NCBI RefSeq assembly: GCF_009914755.1
Contig: NC_060935.1
Length of the DNA stretch: 64,000 nucleotides
Direction: 5' to 3' (one strand)
Source: the human T2T-CHM13v2.0 reference genome, Homo sapiens
Made by a program: the position numbers and the translations under genes. The notes under the pieces are model-generated. The model had not been told where the DNA came from. It did no database searches and saw nothing but the letters and a program-made list of their open reading frames with translations. Positions 11,721-24,214 of this stretch are shown in pieces (within the stretch, counting starts at the first letter, position 1; each line of letters begins with the position of its first letter).

Positions 11721-13870
11721 TTTCTTTTACATGATAGTAAAATTGTTAAAATCATATAAATTAAAATGAAGAGTATTATTATTTAATTCATAGTCCATAT
11801 TTAATTATCATCACATTTCTAATATTGTTATTTATACTTTTATTTATGCTTTTATTCTGGTTGTCGATACAAGGCAAGATCATGCATTGCTTGTTTCTTC
11901 AGTGCATTTTAATCTAGCAACCTTCAGTCTTTCCTTTTTCTGGTATTTATAATGAATGAAAATTACTAATTTTGTAAAATTGAACACAGATTGTCTTTGA
12001 TGTTCCCTCATAATAAGATTCATGATATGCACTTTTTGCAGAGAGACCACATTAGTGATGTGTCGTTGGTGCATAATAACACTTTTGCTGATTGATCAAT
12101 TAATGGTGATGTTGTGTATTAGATCCTTTGGTTCATGTCTTTTCTGATAGGTTACTTTAGTGTATAGTTATCATTTTTCCCTTAGTAGCTAGTATCTTAT
12201 GGATATACTATGCATATAGATGTATAGATATGTATCTTCATCTATCATGTCTCTATTTTTCATAATTTAACTTTTCACTAAAAATTATATTTTGAAAGCT
12301 TCACAGTAATTCACAAAGATCATTCTTATTTTTTACAGGTGCACATTTCTCTAATATATTCAACTATTTTTTAGATGGGCAAATGAATTTTTGTTTCAAT
12401 AATTTACTATCACAAATAATTCTGCAGATAATAACCTTGTATATTTTCTGGAGGTGTGTATTCAGGATAAAGTCTTTGAAGTAGAATTGCTAGTAGACCA
12501 AAGGTAAATACACGTGTACATTTCAAATATTGGCAAATTTGCCTCTATAAAAATTCAGCTACTTTGCAGCCTCACAAAGACAATATTAGAGTACCTGATT
12601 CCCCAAAGCATTACTAACAAAATCAAGATTTTTAATTTTTGCCAATTTGTTGTAAGGTGTTATTATTCTCTTGTTGTTGAACAATTTGTTTTATCTTTGT
12701 TTCTCAGTGTATACTGTTCTTTCTTTATATATACTGTTGGTGTATGATGAGCTTCATGAATAAATTTATGTATTTCACTAAAATTTGGCTAATGTTCTAT
12801 GATGTTTCTTTAATTATTTTTATTAATTTTAATCCTATTGTGTCTCTTCTCTTCTGGATTGTCAGTTGCATACATATTAAACTCTTGAAATTTTTCCACA
12901 GATTCTGCATTTCATTTTCTTTCTTCTTCTCTTTCTGGCTCAAATTGAGTAACTTCTATTGCTCTGCCTTCAAGATCATTGGTTTTTTCCTCTCCCATAT
13001 TTTCTATGTTGTAACTCTTTTCAGATATTTAAATTTCATTATAGATATTTTTACTTGTAAAATCTTTTTATTCTTTTTAAATAATTTTTATTTATCTATT
13101 TGCAGTTTCCTATTTTTTAATACATGGAGAACACATTTTCTTTTATAGTATTGCATGATTATTGTGGCTGCTTTAAAATACTTGCTGCTAACTTCAATAT
13201 CTGGTTCACCTTAGTTAAGTATATTCTTAATATGTTGAATAATTTTGATCGTATCCTGTACACTGTGGATTCTATTATAAATCTACCAAAGTTTTATTTT
13301 TCTCTAATTTGTTTTGGTAGGCAATTAAGTTGCTTAAACTCAAATCTAACCTCTCATTTGGATGTCTGTTCAGACTTCAGTTCATCTCTTTCATTCTTAG
13401 CTGGGCTGTTTTTGGTCTGTCTCAGGCACGCATAATTTGCAAAAATTATAAAATGTGTAAAATCTGTTGAAACCTCAGAATAACAGTGAGAATGAAAAGT
13501 TCCCTTTTGGAACTTTCCTTTCACTTTCAAGCCATTGTGGATACTCCGCGTTTTGATTTTGAAGTCTTAAGGCTTAAATACCATGGTTTTTCCATTGGGA
13601 ATTCAGAAGTCCAAAAAGTTGTGTCTATGGTTTGCCCTTAGAATAAAAGCCAGAAAAAGTGAGGGAACAACCTTTGCTTCGTTCCTCTTCTAAGTTAATT
13701 CTTTTTTGAATATGCCTGATTGTTCTCACTCTTTATGTTCTCAGATAATTCATTTTGCATTATTTCCTTGAAAGTGTGGATTTTCATTATTTTATTTGTT
13801 CTTCACGTTGATTTATAGTGATTTTATGGAGATGTTAGGATGTGGACAATTACTCGGGCTCTCGGAAGTC
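11720..13870 (-). mobile_element. Ancient L1M (L1MC/L1ME-type) fragments
   Basis: T-rich degraded antisense L1-like motifs (e.g. gatgttccctcataataagattcatg, gaagtagaattgctag, tttttaatttttgccaattt); boundaries approximate. Confidence 0.5.
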
Positions 13871-14049
13871 CTCTAATGGGTGCTTGTTTTCCCATCAATA
13901 ATATGAAATTGCAGTCAAATACGCCTGTTATGTTTACTACTTGGCTACCAGAATCATGCATATGTTACGTATTATCTATGTTGCATAAATATTCAGGAAA
14001 AAACTCACTTCCTTAGTAAGTATCTTTAATATAATGTAAGTAATGTGTC

Positions 14050-14350
14050 TTCTGTTGTCTAATGTAACTGGGTTAGAAACCTAACTTTGCGACTCACTGG
14101 GTATACTTTCCTAGGCATGTGAACTTTCTGAACCTTATTCCTAATAATTATAAAATAGAAAAAATCATACTTTCCTTAGAAAGAAGGTAATGCATGTAAA
14201 ACAGTATTGAACATATAAACTTTTCTCTCCTCAATTTTATATAAAATTGAAGTTCCATGAGGTGAGGTTAATGGCCCAAGGCCACGTGTTAGACCAAAAT
14301 CAGGGTTAGGAGCCTAGTCTCATTTCTTATTTGGTCATTTTCAGGATCTC
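14050..14350. mobile_element. Two MIR fragments (+ then -)
   Basis: gggttagaaacctaactttgc...ctttctgaaccttattcc, followed by gaggtgaggttaatggcccaaggccac. Confidence 0.5.
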
Positions 14351-15429
14351 ATGCTTTTCTTAGATTTTTATACTTTTTTTTTTTACTTCTAGAAAGAGCC
14401 AGCACTTTTTTTTAGCAGTCCTTTTCATATTGCTGTTATTTGCAAGTTGAAAGATTATGAATCTTAATGATGACATTAGTAATGTCAGGTCAAATCCTGT
14501 ATCAGTGTTGACAAATCAGTAATGAAAATACATACAAATTCTCTAAATATTGTTGGTGCATAATGTTGACAGTCTTGGATATTTTTCTAAGTCCTTAACA
14601 ATATTTGCCAACTATTTTTTTTATTGTCCTGTCCCTATCTGGATATTTATTTTAATTTTGATGTGATTATTCAACTAAAATATAACCTGTACTATACTCT
14701 ATTTGTAAGTGAGTCCCAATACATTTTTCAATCCTGTGAGCAACAGACTTATTCCATAACGAGGGGAGTACCCTAGGACTTTGTCCTCATTTAAACATTT
14801 TCCTTTCTCCTCTGCCGGGCAATGCATGTAATAGTGACATTACAATGAAATCAAATTTGACCTTCTTAAAGCCAGAATACAAAAATATGTTCTTTCTTTC
14901 GCAGAGTAGTATCTATTGAGAACAGAGACATGAATGGTTGAGGCATATCTCTTTTCATGCTTTCTCAACAGTAGACAAGTAAAGCTTTCAAAAGATTCAA
15001 ATGAATCCCCAGGGGCAGCCGTCTTCTAGTTAAAGTTGTGTTTTCTTTACTTCTCTAAAAATTTTCTCATTTGACCCCACTATCTAAAGACAATTTACAT
15101 TGAGGTCAGGCTGATGCTGTAAGACAAGGCACAGAGCTGTCCGGGCTTCTCATTTCAGGCTGCCTCTTCGATTTAAACTCCAAGTGCTAGAGTCAGAGCC
15201 TCAGGTATAGCTCATTGTTTTGTTTTGTTTTCTTCTTCTGTCATCTAACTGTATTCTTTAAAAGGTACAAAGACCTTATTATGTTTCTTATATTAAGAAA
15301 TAAAATCTCAAATATAGGCATTAGCTCTCTTTTACAAAAGAAATCCTTCAAGTTTAAAATATCAATTTAAAGATAATTGTTTTCTATGTTATGAAATTTA
15401 GATTTTCAGCAAAAGAATATCTTACTCCC

Positions 15430-15816
15430 AGCGTCAGGCATTTTTCATTGTAATAAAGGAATACCAGAGCATGGGTAATTTATTTTGGCTCACAGATTTG
15501 TAGGCTATACAGGAAGTGTGGTCCTGTCAGCTGCTTCTGGTGAGGGCCTTAGGTAGCTTAAAATCATGATTGAAAGCAAGGGGGAGCCATCATGTCACAT
15601 GGCAAGAGATGGTGCAGAGAGATGCCAGACTCTTAAATAACAGTCCTCAAAATTACTTACAGAGTGAGAACTCACATGTTACCATGAAGACAGCACCAAG
15701 CCAGTGATGATGGATCCACCCCCATGATCCAAAACCTCCTTCTAGGTTCCGCTTCCAACATTGGTGGTCACATTTCAACATGAGATTTGGAGGGAACAAA
15801 TATCAAAACCATATCA
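15430..15816 (-). mobile_element. MSTB-like MaLR solo LTR
   Basis: tttggctcacag...tgcttctggtgagggcct...tttcaacatgagatttggagggaacaaatatcaaaaccatatca; degenerate TSD ctccc/ccccc. Confidence 0.85.
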
Positions 15817-15927
15817 CCCCCAAACATAACTTGGCTGCTTTTAAGTGGTGTTATGACATGATTTTGAATATCCCAAAGACAAAGTGAATTAAGCTGAATG
15901 ATGATATTGATAGAAATGACATATGAT

Positions 15928-16588
15928 TGTCACAATTATTTAAACAGGCATGAGCGGGACAGGGGAGGGCTCTCCCTTGACCCACTGGGAATGTCAGGTG
16001 ACTGTTTGGCAATTATCATATTATCTATAAAAGTGATAAATTGGCAGCCTGAGCCAGGGAGGGGCCAATTCCTGATGGTGCACACATGTGGTACTAAAGT
16101 GTTAATTGCATGCAGACACCAAGGAAAAGCAAATTCCTGGGCCTACACATGAAGAGACAAAATGGCAGAGTATGACCTTCTGGAGGCACACCACAGCAAA
16201 GGAAGAAAGCCTCAGATGGGCATGCCTACACTTCCTAAACACAGTGTGCGTGCTCACCTCCCAAGAGTAAGGAGGACACTGCACATGTGGGCGGCCCACC
16301 CTAAGGGAAAAATCATGGGAAAGAGGCCAGCCTATAAAGTCCCAGGATCATGGTTAAAAATTGCAATTGTCCTTCAAGTCATGTGCTAGGGTCTCTTTCA
16401 ACTGTACTGTACTTTCTCTCCTGTTCTAAAGCCTTTTTAAATAAATTTCCACTCCTACTCTGAAACTTGGGCTTCTTTTTTTGCCGTATGCCCCTCAATT
16501 GAATTTCTTCTTCTGAGGAGGCAATAATTGAGGTTGCTGCAGACCCCAGATTTGCTGCTGGTAAGTTGGATACCTTCCACCGATAACA
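15928..16588 (+). mobile_element. ERV1 MER4-group solo LTR (MER50/MER50B-like)
   Basis: TGT...ACA termini; 4-bp TSD tgat at 15924-15927 and 16589-16592 (typical of ERV1); TATA (cctataaag) near 16333 and AATAAA near 16440; subfamily name tentative. Confidence 0.85.
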
Positions 16589-16619
16589 TGATGAGTTATC
16601 CAATATTAAAGAATTTTCA

Positions 16620-18280
16620 ACATCGAAAATAGTAGCGTTTGTATATACTAACAATAAACCATTTGAAAAAGAAATTAAGAAGTGACTCCCATTATCAGTA
16701 ATTACAAAGAAATAATACTGAGGAGTAAATTTAATCAAGGAGATTAAAGATCTCTACACTGAAAATTGTAACACATTGATTAAAGAAATCAAAGAAGACA
16801 CAAATAAATGGAAAGATACCCATGTTCATGGATTGGAAGAATTAATATTGTTATAAATGTCACTACTACCCAAAACAATCTATAAATTCAATGCAATCTC
16901 AATCATAATTACAATTATATTTTTCACAGAAAGAGAAAAACAATTCTAAAATTTGTCAATCAAAATTTATTAAACAATTAAATGTATTACTTGAAACTGA
17001 AAAGCTACCGGAAGAATGCATAGGGAAAAAATTCATGATGTTGGTCTTGGAAAGGATTTTTTGGATACGACCCTCAAAGAACAGACAACAACAACAAAAT
17101 AGACAAATGGGATTGTATCAAACTAAAATGCTTCTGCACAGCAAAGAAAACAATAAACATGGTGAAAAAACAATGTAAGAAAAAGGAGAAAATATTTGCA
17201 TACCATATTTTTGATAAATGGCTAATATTCAAAATATATAAAGAACTCAACTCAATAGGAAGAAAACAAATAACCTAATTAAACAATGGGCAAAAGATCT
17301 GAAGAGACATTTTTCAAAACAAGATTTGCAAATGGTCAACAGGTATATGAAAAGATATTAAACATCATTACTCATTGGAGAAATGCAAATTAAAACCACA
17401 ATGAGATGCCACTTCATACCTGTTAGAAGGCAATTATTAAAAAGATGAAATACAGATTATGGTGAGGATGTGTAGAAAAGAAAACCCTTGACTATTGTTG
17501 GTGGGAATGTAAGTTAGCATAGCTATTATGAAAAACAGTATAGAGATTCCTCAAAAAATTAAAAATATAATTACCATATAATCCAGTAATTCTATTTTTC
17601 AGTGTATATGCACAGGCAATAAAAACATTATGTCAAAGAGATATGTGCACTCCTATGTTCGCTGTAGCATTATTTACAGTAGCTAAGATATGGCATCAAC
17701 CTCAGTGTCCATGGATAGAAAAATGGATAAACAAAATGTAGTATACATACAAAATGGAATACCATTCAGTCTTATAAAATAATGAAATCCCATTATTTGC
17801 AACAACCTGGATGAACCTGGAAGACATTATATTAAGTGAAATAAGACAGGCACAGAAAGATAAATACTGTATGATGTCACTTATACTTGGGATTTTACAA
17901 AGCCAACTTATGAAAACAGAAAATACAGTGATGGTTACCAGAGGCTGGGGCCAGGGGCAAGGATGTCAGGAAACGGGGGCATGTTATTTAAAGGGTACAG
18001 AGTTTCAGTTAAACTCGAGGAATAAGTTCTGGGCATCTATTGTATGGCTTGGTGGCTACAGTTAGTAATACTATATTATGTACTTGCAAATTGCTAAGAG
18101 AATAGATTATAAATGTTCACACCACAAAAAAAATAAGTATGTAATATGATGGAAATGTTAATGAAATTGATATAGTCATTTTGCAATGTATACATGTATC
18201 AAAATATCCTGTTATATACCAAGAATATATACAATATCATCTATCAATTAAAATAATAAAAATAAAATGAAATAAAATGA
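16620..18280 (+). mobile_element. L1MA7/8-like 5'-truncated LINE-1 with an internal ORF2 deletion near 16955-16990
   Basis: ORF2 3' motifs (catgttcatggattggaagaattaatattg, gatgaacctggaagacatt), L1MA-type 3'UTR and A-rich tail. Confidence 0.88.
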
Positions 18281-19683
18281 TCAATAACCATTAGGATTTA
18301 TTTCCTGTCCATTAAAAAAAGAGGAAAGAACAAATACCTAAAATAAGAAAAGAGGAGATGAAATAACTGAATGGGTATAAGTATAAAGACCCCATCCATC
18401 ATTAAGTGACATTCTATTTACAATATTTTTTTAAATCTTCTTAAAATTATTATAGAATAAGCGATTACATCATCAGGCTAATTATAATTAAAAACGGCAA
18501 TTCGTAGAGGAAAGCAAAGCACCAGAGCTACTTTGTCTCAGGGCAGTTCTCAAACTTGGAAAAGCTGAGCTTTAGATTTAATAGCCTTGAAAGATACAGA
18601 TAAAAAAGTTGGGGGCCTGTTCAAAATGAGGAATCTAATAAGAAAAGCTTTCCTTGTAAACTGGAGCACCAAAACATTACACACCCTCACTTAAAGCTAA
18701 AACTGAGACAGCTGAGACATTTTCCCTTACATCAAATGCTAAAAGGGTCTCATATTAAGATCTTTCTTTGCTTTTTGTTTCCTCTTGTTCATATGAAATC
18801 TCATTCTAGGCATGGATTTGTTTTGTTTGTTGTTATTTTTATTTAACATGCTTGTATTCTTAAATCTGTACATTGATATCTTTCATCACTTGAAAATCCT
18901 CAGTCATGATCCCTTTAAATATTACAAGGGATGGCTTGTAATTACAACTTATTAGGGACAGATAATTTGTACATTTAAATAGGTGAGCAAAAACTATAAA
19001 AATATTTTATAAAAATTCTTATCAAGCTCTTAAAATAATATATTTAATCTGATTAAGGGTATCTACTGCAAAAGTCCTCTAAATATAACATTAATTAAAC
19101 ATATAGTAAAAGCTCTCCATGTATGACCAGCAACATGACAATATTCTAAAATATTGCTTTACAATATTTTAGAATACAACAATCAATAGATTGAATTTAC
19201 AATACATTGAATTGTTTAGAATTACAACAGTCAATATTCTAAAATATTGTTCTGGAATTCCTTATTTGTGCAATAAAGCAATTAGAAAAACTATAAGGAC
19301 CATAAATGGAGTGCTGTTATTATTTGCAAGTAATATAATTGTATATATTTCATATAAGAGATAATCAGTTCTAAGTTATTAGAATTGTTAGGAGAGTTTA
19401 GCAGACTGGCAGATTTTAAAAGCCAACATCAATAAATTAATTGTGTCTCTATAGACTGGCACTAAAAATTTGTCAAAAATTTAAAAAAATATTAATAAGA
19501 TTTATATATTTTACAAAGAATAAAAATCAAATAGACAAGTATAACAATTGATATGCATAATCTCTTAGGGAGCAAATGAAAAGAAAGAATAAATAAGCTT
19601 CATTCAAAGACAATAAAGAATTCCTAAATTAATGGACAATTATACTATAGTCATAGATTGTAAAACTCAATACAATCAATTAT

Positions 19684-20035
19684 TGATATGGTTTGGCTGT
19701 GTCCCCACTCAAATCTCATCTTGAATTCTAACTACCATGATTCCCACATGTCATAGGAGGAACCCGGTGGGAGGTGATTGAATTATGGTGATGGGTCTTT
19801 CCTGTGCTGTTCTTGTGATAGTGATTGAGTCTCACAAGATCTAATGGTTTTAAAAAGGAGAGTTTCCCTCTACAAGCTCTCTTCTCTCTTGTCTGCCACC
19901 ATGTGAGTTTACCTTTAACCTTCTGCCATGATTGTGAGGCCTCCCTAGCCATGTGTAAGTCCAATAAACTTCTTTCTTTTGTAAATTGCCCTGTCTTGGA
20001 TGTCTTTATCAGCAGTGTGAAAATGGACTAATACA
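19684..20035 (+). mobile_element. THE1B-like MaLR solo LTR
   Basis: tgatatggtttggctgtgtcccc...ggactaataca; perfect TSD attat at 19679-19683 and 20036-20040. Confidence 0.94.
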
Positions 20036-20091
20036 ATTATGTAACAAAATTTGTGCTAAAATTTTATTCTTCAATGCAATTGATATATTAG

Positions 20092-20608
20092 AGACTAAGG
20101 CATATTTTCTGTTTGCTTTTGTTCAATTTCAAAAGTTAAAAACAATAGGTGACTGCGAAACTGCACCCAGATGAACAGAACCACATAGGAACACAGAAAA
20201 CTCATACACACATCTCAAACCTGTACTGGCTATCTCAGTTTACCATGTTTGTTATAAGACACACTAATCTACACCTGGTGTTACAACTATCTGATTTCAA
20301 ATAATCCTCCTCTCATCACTTCATAATACCTCACAAGTTGCAACCATTCCAATGTCTACTTTCACAAGTAAACATCAGGTGTCTTTCAAGATAAAGTGTC
20401 ATATTTATTGTAGTCTATATGTATTTTAAACACATAACATGTAAAAATTTGCCACTATTTTATTAGATATCTATATCTTTATGTATGAATAATTTTTAAG
20501 TGTTTTTTTTCCCCTAAAAAACCATATTCCCCCAGCCCTTTGGTTAAGTGATTTTGCACAGAACAGAGATTTATAGAAACAAATATCCTGTATTATAGAT
20601 GAACTGAT
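20092..20608. mobile_element. TcMar-Tigger-like DNA transposon remnant
   Basis: End gattttgcacag...tcctgtattatagatgaactga resembles Tigger-type terminal sequence; family uncertain. Confidence 0.4.
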
Positions 20609-20687
20609 ACATTGGAAAGATTGTAAATCACACTATATTTTATGTACATTCAATGCAATTCTAATTAAAATCTCAGCAGGGTTTTCA

Positions 20688-20691
<4 letters not shown>

Positions 20692-20726
<35 letters not shown>
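20692..20726. repeat. (TG)17 microsatellite
   Basis: Read directly from sequence. Confidence 0.97.
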
Positions 20727-20728
<2 letters not shown>

Positions 20729-22537
20729 GGGTCAGGAACCTGTTGAAAAAGAACAAGTAGGAAGCCCCTGTACCTGATATCAAGAGTTATTACTAGAGTG
20801 ATTAAAATAAATAATTGATTTTCCAAATGCGGACAAAAATGCCAATATATCAGAATACAGAACCAAGAACTTAAGGCACACATATATGGATGCTTGACAT
20901 GTGACATACCTCTTTAAATCAATGAGAAAAGGACAAGATTTATTATTATTCTCAGCGATGCTGATAAATTAGGTATTCATTTGAGATAAAAATGAAGTTT
21001 AACCTCATATTTTATACAAAATCAGTTCCTGAGGGATTGTGGCCTGAAATTTTGAGGGCTAATTTATGAAGACTTTAAGGATATTAGTAAAATATCTTTG
21101 AATTCTCAGTTAGGGAATATATTCCTAAATAAAATGCATAAAATACTAACCACATTCTTAACAGTACATTCTACTTCACTTAGATTAAGCATTTCCACTC
21201 ATCAAAAACCACTATAAAGAGAGTGAAAACGTCATATAGTAAGAGGTATGATTTGGAATACATACTGACAAACAACTAGTCTCTAGCATAAATGAAGAAC
21301 TTCCTCAAACTTTTAAGAAAAATGCAGAAAACCTCTAATCAGATACTTCATCGAATGATAAATCCACATGCAAAAATATTAATAGGAACTCAACTTTTTC
21401 TACTAATCAGGAAAAAACCAGTTGAAACCACCTTGAAATATCATTTAATAACTCAAATATTGGCAAAAATTAACAATTAGGTATGTTTGAATTATTGGTA
21501 TGGATTTAAAGTCATGAGAGCTATCAGAGATGACCAGTCAGAAATTTAATTATATACTTTTATGTATACTTTGTCTGTAAATACCTAGTACATTTGAAAA
21601 TATTCATACACTATGATCAGCATTTTAATTCTCAATAGTACACACACTTGCACATGTCTACTAGGAGATGCACAAATGATACCAATGTTTTCAGTCTTAG
21701 CCGGGTTAACATGGGTTTTGTTTGACATTTTTAAAATATTTAAAATATCTTATATATTATATATCAGATATATTATATTACTTAAAATTATTTTACATAG
21801 TATCGTACATATGATACATTTTATCATTGCAAATTTTTAGGGAAAATAATAGATTCTGATGTCAATGATAATAATATAGGCCTTATTGTTAAGTGTTATG
21901 CAAATAAAGTTTAAAACCTAGATTTAAAAAAATAATTTACACAGAAAAGTAAAATTTTCAAGTAAAAGTTGAAAAACACAAATGACCAAAACTGCCTCCA
22001 GAAAAGCTGAAAATCTGTACAAATTGCTCAAAGTAATCAAATAAATTAACTTTTTCCTAAGAAAATGCCAGGCCCAGACAAGTTCACATAAGAATTTTAC
22101 CAACCATTTAAAGGACAGAAAGATCTTAATGCATTTTAAAGTATTCTAAATCATACAAAATAAACATTCTCAATTATTTGTATCATCTACCTAATATTAA
22201 ATTCAAAACACAATCAAGAATGTCAAAAATAAAACTGGAGTCAGATTTTATCTAGGAATATTAGCAAACAATCAAGAGCAAATTTTAACAATACAAAAAC
22301 ATGACATGATGTTTACATTAGGAATGGTGCAATTATTACATCTTAGCATGTCTATTCATATTATTCTCCACTTCAGTAAATCAGAGAAGAAATCAAGATG
22401 ATCAGCTTCATAAATAACTTTTCCAAAGGTATTTATAAAACGAAATAGTAATTATTGTGGGGGACCAAGAAGTAAATGGATATTTCCTTTGATTAAAATT
22501 ATATTGACATTAATCCAAAGTTGACTAGATGCTTAAG

Positions 22538-22821
22538 GAATGGGGACAAAAATATAGTTAGACAAAAAGGAATCTAGTATTTGATAGCACAAGAGGGTGA
22601 CTACAGTGAACAACAATTTATGTACATTTTTAAATAACTAAGAGACTATAATTGGAATGTTTGTAACACAAATAAATGACAAATGTTTGCAGTAAAGGAT
22701 ACCTCATTTACTCTGATGTGATTATTACACACAGGATGCCCATATCAAAATATCTCATGTACCGCATAAATATATATACCTATTATGTACTCATAAAAAC
22801 TAAAATTTAAAATTAGGAAAA
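22538..22821 (+). mobile_element. L1MA2/3-like 3'-end insertion
   Basis: ctagtatttgatagcacaa...tatctcatgtacc.cataaatatatatacc; 22-bp flanking direct repeat caaagtt(g/a)acta(g/t)atgcttaag at 22516-22537 and 22822-22843. Confidence 0.88.
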
Positions 22822-22899
22822 CAAAGTTAACTATATGCTTAAGTAAGCTTCACCAGTAATATTTATGTTATTGTTAAAAAAGACCATACATTAACAGAA

Positions 22900-24200
22900 T
22901 TATTTTATCAATGTATGAAATTACTGACATACAACTGGACAAGAGAAAATAAAGAAAATGTAAACAAGAAAGAAAGAAATATAATTATTTGTGTATTGGC
23001 AAAGTATATGATTGTACACATAAAAATGCTGTATATAATTATATGCTTCACATAAATTAAGAAGATTCTCTGAAAAACTGTTAGTAATGACAACTCAGTA
23101 AGGCACAGAAATTAATAGATTTTATAATACAAACCATAACAAGTTATAGTTTATAAACTAACAAAAAATGTAATATGTAATATCCCGTAATGCCTATGAA
23201 TAAAAATGTTCCAGATATCCATAAATATAAATGTCTTTAATGCTAATGAGAGTCACAATAGGACCATTAAAAGAGGGAAAATGTTACCATACTCTTGTAA
23301 AGGAAGACACAATTTTATAAGTACTCAAAATCTACCTGAATTAACTTATAACACTCTATGGCCCAGCAAAAATATCAATAGGGACTTTTGTGGGAGAATG
23401 ATATTAGCTGCTTCTACAGGCATATGGCATCATTAATACATAATAGAAGTCAGAATAATTATGAAAGGGAACAATAATAAGGGGGAACTGTGTATAATAT
23501 ATATTTAAATATAATTATATAAATTATATAAATATAATTTTAAAGTTAAAATAGTTAAACTATTATAACTATTTTAAAACTATTATTTAGCTATTTTAAA
23601 ATATTTAAATTTAAATATTTAAAAACTATTTTAAAATAGTTTGACTATTTTAAAATAGCTACACTATTTTAAAATCGTTTGACTATTTTAAAATAGCTAC
23701 ACTATTTTAACTATTTTAAAATAGTTACACTATTTTAACTATTTTAAAATAGTTACACTATTTTAACATAGTTACACTATTTTAACTATTTTAAAATAGT
23801 TACACTATTTTAACATAGTTACACTATTTTAACTATTTTAAACTATTTTAACTATTTTAAAGTTAACATAGTTAGTTAAAAGGATGAGGTTGGATAGACA
23901 GATCAATACAACAGAATGGAAAGTCCAGAGATAGGCTAAAATGTATTACAGAATTATTGTATGAAAAAGATTATATAGTAGGTAATTCGGTAAAATGCAT
24001 ATTACTAATAGAATATTTGCATAATTAGAAAGCTGTCAAAAATAAGTAAACAGAGTAATAGATAAAAAATACATAAAAATAAGTTTATGATGAAATATAC
24101 ACTTAAACTTCATAGTACTAGTAAAATAATAATATACTTTAAAGATCTCCAGCTGAAGATGTTCTATTTAATGTGATATGAAACCCAGAAATAGTTAGAA
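22900..24200 (+). mobile_element. Ancient L1M ORF2 remnant (continues at about 28620-29550 after the L1PA8 insertion)
   Basis: gatagacagatcaatacaacagaatggaaagtccagag and similar degraded ORF2 motifs. Confidence 0.5.
23537..23874. repeat. AT-rich palindromic minisatellite built on ctattttaaaatag
   Basis: Many actattttaa / ttaaaatagtt units; bounded by the direct repeat attttaaagttaa(a/c)atagtta. Confidence 0.92.
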
Positions 24201-24214
24201 AATGTATAGAGTTC

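Larger units (their letters stand above)
18900..22500 (+). mobile_element. Degraded ancient L1M ORF2/3' fragments hosting younger inserts
   Basis: Scattered A-rich ORF2-like motifs (gtgcaataaagcaattagaa, tattatttgcaagtaatataattg, ccaggcccagacaagttcac); boundaries approximate. Confidence 0.5.

Noticed and set aside
12514-13435. Hydrophobic Phe/Leu/Ile-rich ORFs resembling membrane proteins
   Set aside because: Translation of T-rich antisense ancient L1 DNA; no splice or homology support.
15159-15204. 46-nt pseudo-exon (cttctcatttcag| ... cag|gtatag)
   Set aside because: Weak donor, no partner exons identified, and such pairs are common by chance.
23537-23874. CRISPR-like appearance of the palindromic repeat array
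   Set aside because: No unique spacers, irregular period, no cas genes, and a primate genomic context.
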